64,000 nt of DNA from an uncultured Pseudomonadota bacterium (lineage in GTDB: Bacteria; Oederibacteriota; Muellerivitia; Muellerivitales; Muellerivitaceae). Below, in pieces: positions 61,548 to 64,000 of this stretch. The stretch's first letter is position 1. Each line of letters opens with the position of its first letter. A program made the translations under genes and the position numbers. The notes below the pieces were generated by a model. That model ran no database searches, was not told the DNA's origin, and saw only the letters and a program-made list of their open reading frames with translations. The DNA lies in the NCBI GenBank assembly GCA_963770835.1, contig CAVYRH010000019.1, positions 32,001 through 96,000 of the forward strand, given 5' to 3'.

Positions 61548-62594
61548 TCACAAAACCTCCCCTTCCCGGCTTTTCAAGAAGGGCCGCATCTTGTCCAGGA
61601 AAAGGGCCGTCGAAACCGCCAAGGGTACCAAATAGTAGACCAGCCGGAAGAGAAGCGCCGCCACCAGGGTGTTTTCAAAGCCCACCCCCAGCATCTTAAA
61701 GGTAAACGCCAGGAGGGATTCACTGACCCCCAACCCTGCGGGCACCGGGTTGACGTTGGAGGACAGGAACATCACCGTGAAACCCACCAGCAGAAGCCCC
61801 GGGGGCAGGTCCACCCCCACGGCCCGGAAGCAGAAATAAAGGGCCAGGGCCATAAAACCCCAGTCCGCCAAAACCCAGAAAAAGACCAGGAGCAGCCTGG
61901 AGCGCCCCCGGTGCAGGACGGCCACGGTGGCTTCCATCTCGTTGCGGATCCCCACCAAGGCGCGAACCCGGGTTTTTCCGCGCAGGAACTTGCGATGGGC
62001 CCAATGCCCCGTTCGCAGGAAGAAACGTAAAATCCACCTGCGGAACCGGCGGTTCAGGAAGATGGCCAGCATGACCGCCACAACCGCCAGGAGCCCCGCC
62101 ATGAAAAACAGCAGCGCCGCCCGCTTGAGCCCGCCGCTGAATTCGGGATGTCCCTCCAGGTAACCCAGCCCGCCCAGGCAGGCGCAGGCGAGCACCAGGT
62201 TGAAGACCGCGTTCTGGGCCAGGGAAAGGGGCACGGTCACCGAATAGGGCACTTTTTCCCGTTTGAGGATGAAAGCCCGGATTGCGATGCTGGACATGCC
62301 GCCGGAGGAGATGATGAAGTTCATCGTGTCTGCGATGAACATGGTCGAAAAAAACCTGGGAAAAGGCACGGAGTAGGGCGTCATGTTGAAAATCGCGCGG
62401 AAGGAAAAGGCGGAGGACAAATAAGCCGCGCCGGTGGCAACCAGGGCGAAAGCCAAGGGGCCTGTTTCCACACGCTGGAAAGCATCCCGGAGCTTGGAAA
62501 AATCGCTCAAAAGGGCCGTGGTCAACGCCAAAAACATGATCCCCGCGACGAACAGGAAAATCAGGAGGGGCGCTTTGGAATGGGGTGGATTCAA
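61548..62594 (-). CDS. Lysylphosphatidylglycerol-synthase TM / flippase-like membrane protein (start uncertain)
   Basis: PAGLGVSE, AALLFRLVYY, multiple TM segments. Confidence 0.8.
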   Translation of the reverse strand: MNPPHSKAPLLIFLFVAGIMFLALTTALLSDFSKLRDAFQRVETGPLAFALVATGAAYLSSAFSFRAIFNMTPYSVPFPRFFSTMFIADTMNFIISSGGMSSIAIRAFILKREKVPYSVTVPLSLAQNAVFNLVLACACLGGLGYLEGHPEFSGGLKRAALLFFMAGLLAVVAVMLAIFLNRRFRRWILRFFLRTGHWAHRKFLRGKTRVRALVGIRNEMEATVAVLHRGRSRLLLVFFWVLADWGFMALALYFCFRAVGVDLPPGLLLVGFTVMFLSSNVNPVPAGLGVSESLLAFTFKMLGVGFENTLVAALLFRLVYYLVPLAVSTALFLDKMRPFLKSREGEVL

Positions 62595-63207
62595 GGAAAT
62601 TTCCCAGGAAACGGATAAAGGCTTGGCGTTCCACCCTAGTTTAGCGGGATGGGAATCCATTCCGGGGAAAAAAAGGCCAGGCCCCTGTGTCGAACCCACA
62701 AGGTGAGACACTCGCATTGGGTGTACCCGATCAATGATAAAAAGATCGGGTGCCCCTCTTCCGGGCCCGCCATCGGCTTGCGGTTTGATCTTTTGTGGAT
62801 AAAAGGTCCAAGCCTGAAAAAGAATTTCATTAGAGAGGGAAAATACGGATAGCATCAGAAAGTTTTTAGCATCGGCCTGTCCCCAGAAGCTTTAGCGCAG
62901 GGGGATGGGCGACGAAATTTGAATTTAAATCGCAGCATTTCACTGCGGATTGGAATGAATTGCCGGTGGTGAAGATTTCTTAAGGAATTAGGCCGGGAGC
63001 CCAAACTATATTCTATAGGCCGTAATCATCTGGCTGCTCCATGTGGCCCTTATGACCCCCTTTTTACCCCCTAAAACAAGTTTTTTTGATCCTTTTGATA
63101 ATAATTTGGATTGATCCGATCTTTTCCCGTCTAGAGGTTGGAGAACATGACGCTTGTCCTATTCCCGTGATAGCCGATTAGGGACAATGTTTTTGATGGG
63201 AGAGCAT

Positions 63208-64000
63208 ATGGCAAGAAAGCTATTTTGGGGTTTGATGATTTTAGGGGTTGTCCTAGCAGAGACGATCCTAACTGGCTGTCCAAATCATTTTAATGTCCCT
63301 TCCGCGCCCCTACCTTCCTCTTCCTTGACTCCAACCTTCACCTCAACTCTAAGCACTTCATTGACACCCACGGGAACCACTACCCCCACGGCCACGGCAA
63401 CGCCTTGCGTCACCAATACGCCTTCTAGGACCAACACCTCCACCCCGACGAATACCACTTCCATCCAGACACCTACCGCCACGCCGACATCCACGGGGAC
63501 ACCCACCGCCGTAATTACTTTGACCGTGGATCCAACCTTCATTTTGACGAATACCAACACAACCACCCCGACGAACGCAAATTCCTTTACTCCAACGGGT
63601 TTACCGACTCTGACTCCTACGAACACCGCAACCTTTACATCGACCAATACCCCGCTGATATCTTCAACTCCAACAAATACGGCCACTTCAACTGTGACGA
63701 ATAGTCCTACCAATACGGCGACTTCCATTTCCACAGCCTTGGACGCCGCCGTTAGTTTAAACCTCACTTCGGGTGTAACCACTTTGACGACCGGAATTTA
63801 TTATTTTAGCTGCGTGAATATCGGGGCGGGGTCGGTGGTGACTATTTCAGGTGCGGTAACGATCTTTACTGAATGCTTTACCTTGAATGCGGGGGCGACA
63901 ATCACGGGGATTGGGATGGGTTATCAGGGAAACACCTCATATGCCAGTGTAATTCAGCCCAACCCTGGCCCAGGTGCAGGGGCATTTAACTGGTTCGGGA
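63208..64000 (+). CDS. Lipoprotein with Thr/Pro-rich linker and Gly-rich domain (runs off the window)
   Basis: [31 protein letters not shown] lipobox, TPT repeats, open to the window end. Confidence 0.75.
   Translation, partial: MARKLFWGLMILGVVLAETILTGCPNHFNVPSAPLPSSSLTPTFTSTLSTSLTPTGTTTPTATATPCVTNTPSRTNTSTPTNTTSIQTPTATPTSTGTPTAVITLTVDPTFILTNTNTTTPTNANSFTPTGLPTLTPTNTATFTSTNTPLISSTPTNTATSTVTNSPTNTATSISTALDAAVSLNLTSGVTTLTTGIYYFSCVNIGAGSVVTISGAVTIFTECFTLNAGATITGIGMGYQGNTSYASVIQPNPGPGAGAFNWFG

Noticed and set aside
62860..63200. Structured RNA in the long intergenic region (also 11400-11690 and 56200-56350)
   Set aside because: Only isolated short hairpins; no second copy or recognisable family motif to support a call

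Overview
Chromosomal window of a diderm bacterium. The abundance of Thr/Pro-linker proteins with a FlgD/T9SS-like tail is reminiscent of candidate lineages such as FCPU426, but this is an inference only. Housekeeping genes include fbaB, aroQ, glnA with a NifA-like activator and a sigma54 promoter, a macAB-tolC-like set, clpS, mutY, acs and glycerate kinase. They surround a ~34 kb cell-surface region (3.5-37 kb). That region holds five signal-peptide proteins with different passengers (GH8, DUF11, choice-of-anchor L, jelly-roll) joined by Thr/Pro linkers to a conserved ~95 aa C-terminal domain. It also holds a PorV-like barrel fused to FlgD-like, OmpA and TPR domains, three YfhO-type and one PMT/ArnT-type GT-C glycosyltransferases, a double O-antigen-ligase protein, a PL14-like lyase and a Cyc2-like cytochrome-porin. 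Together these suggest a non-canonical T9SS-like export, glycosylation and anchoring system. The window also carries several families of tiny palindromic elements. One is a ~80 bp double-hairpin element in 3 copies, with covarying stems and TG at both junctions; one copy splits another repeat and one sits in a gene's start codon. Frameshifts clustered at 16.8-20.9 kb look like homopolymer sequencing errors. No rRNA, tRNA, CRISPR array or transposase was found.
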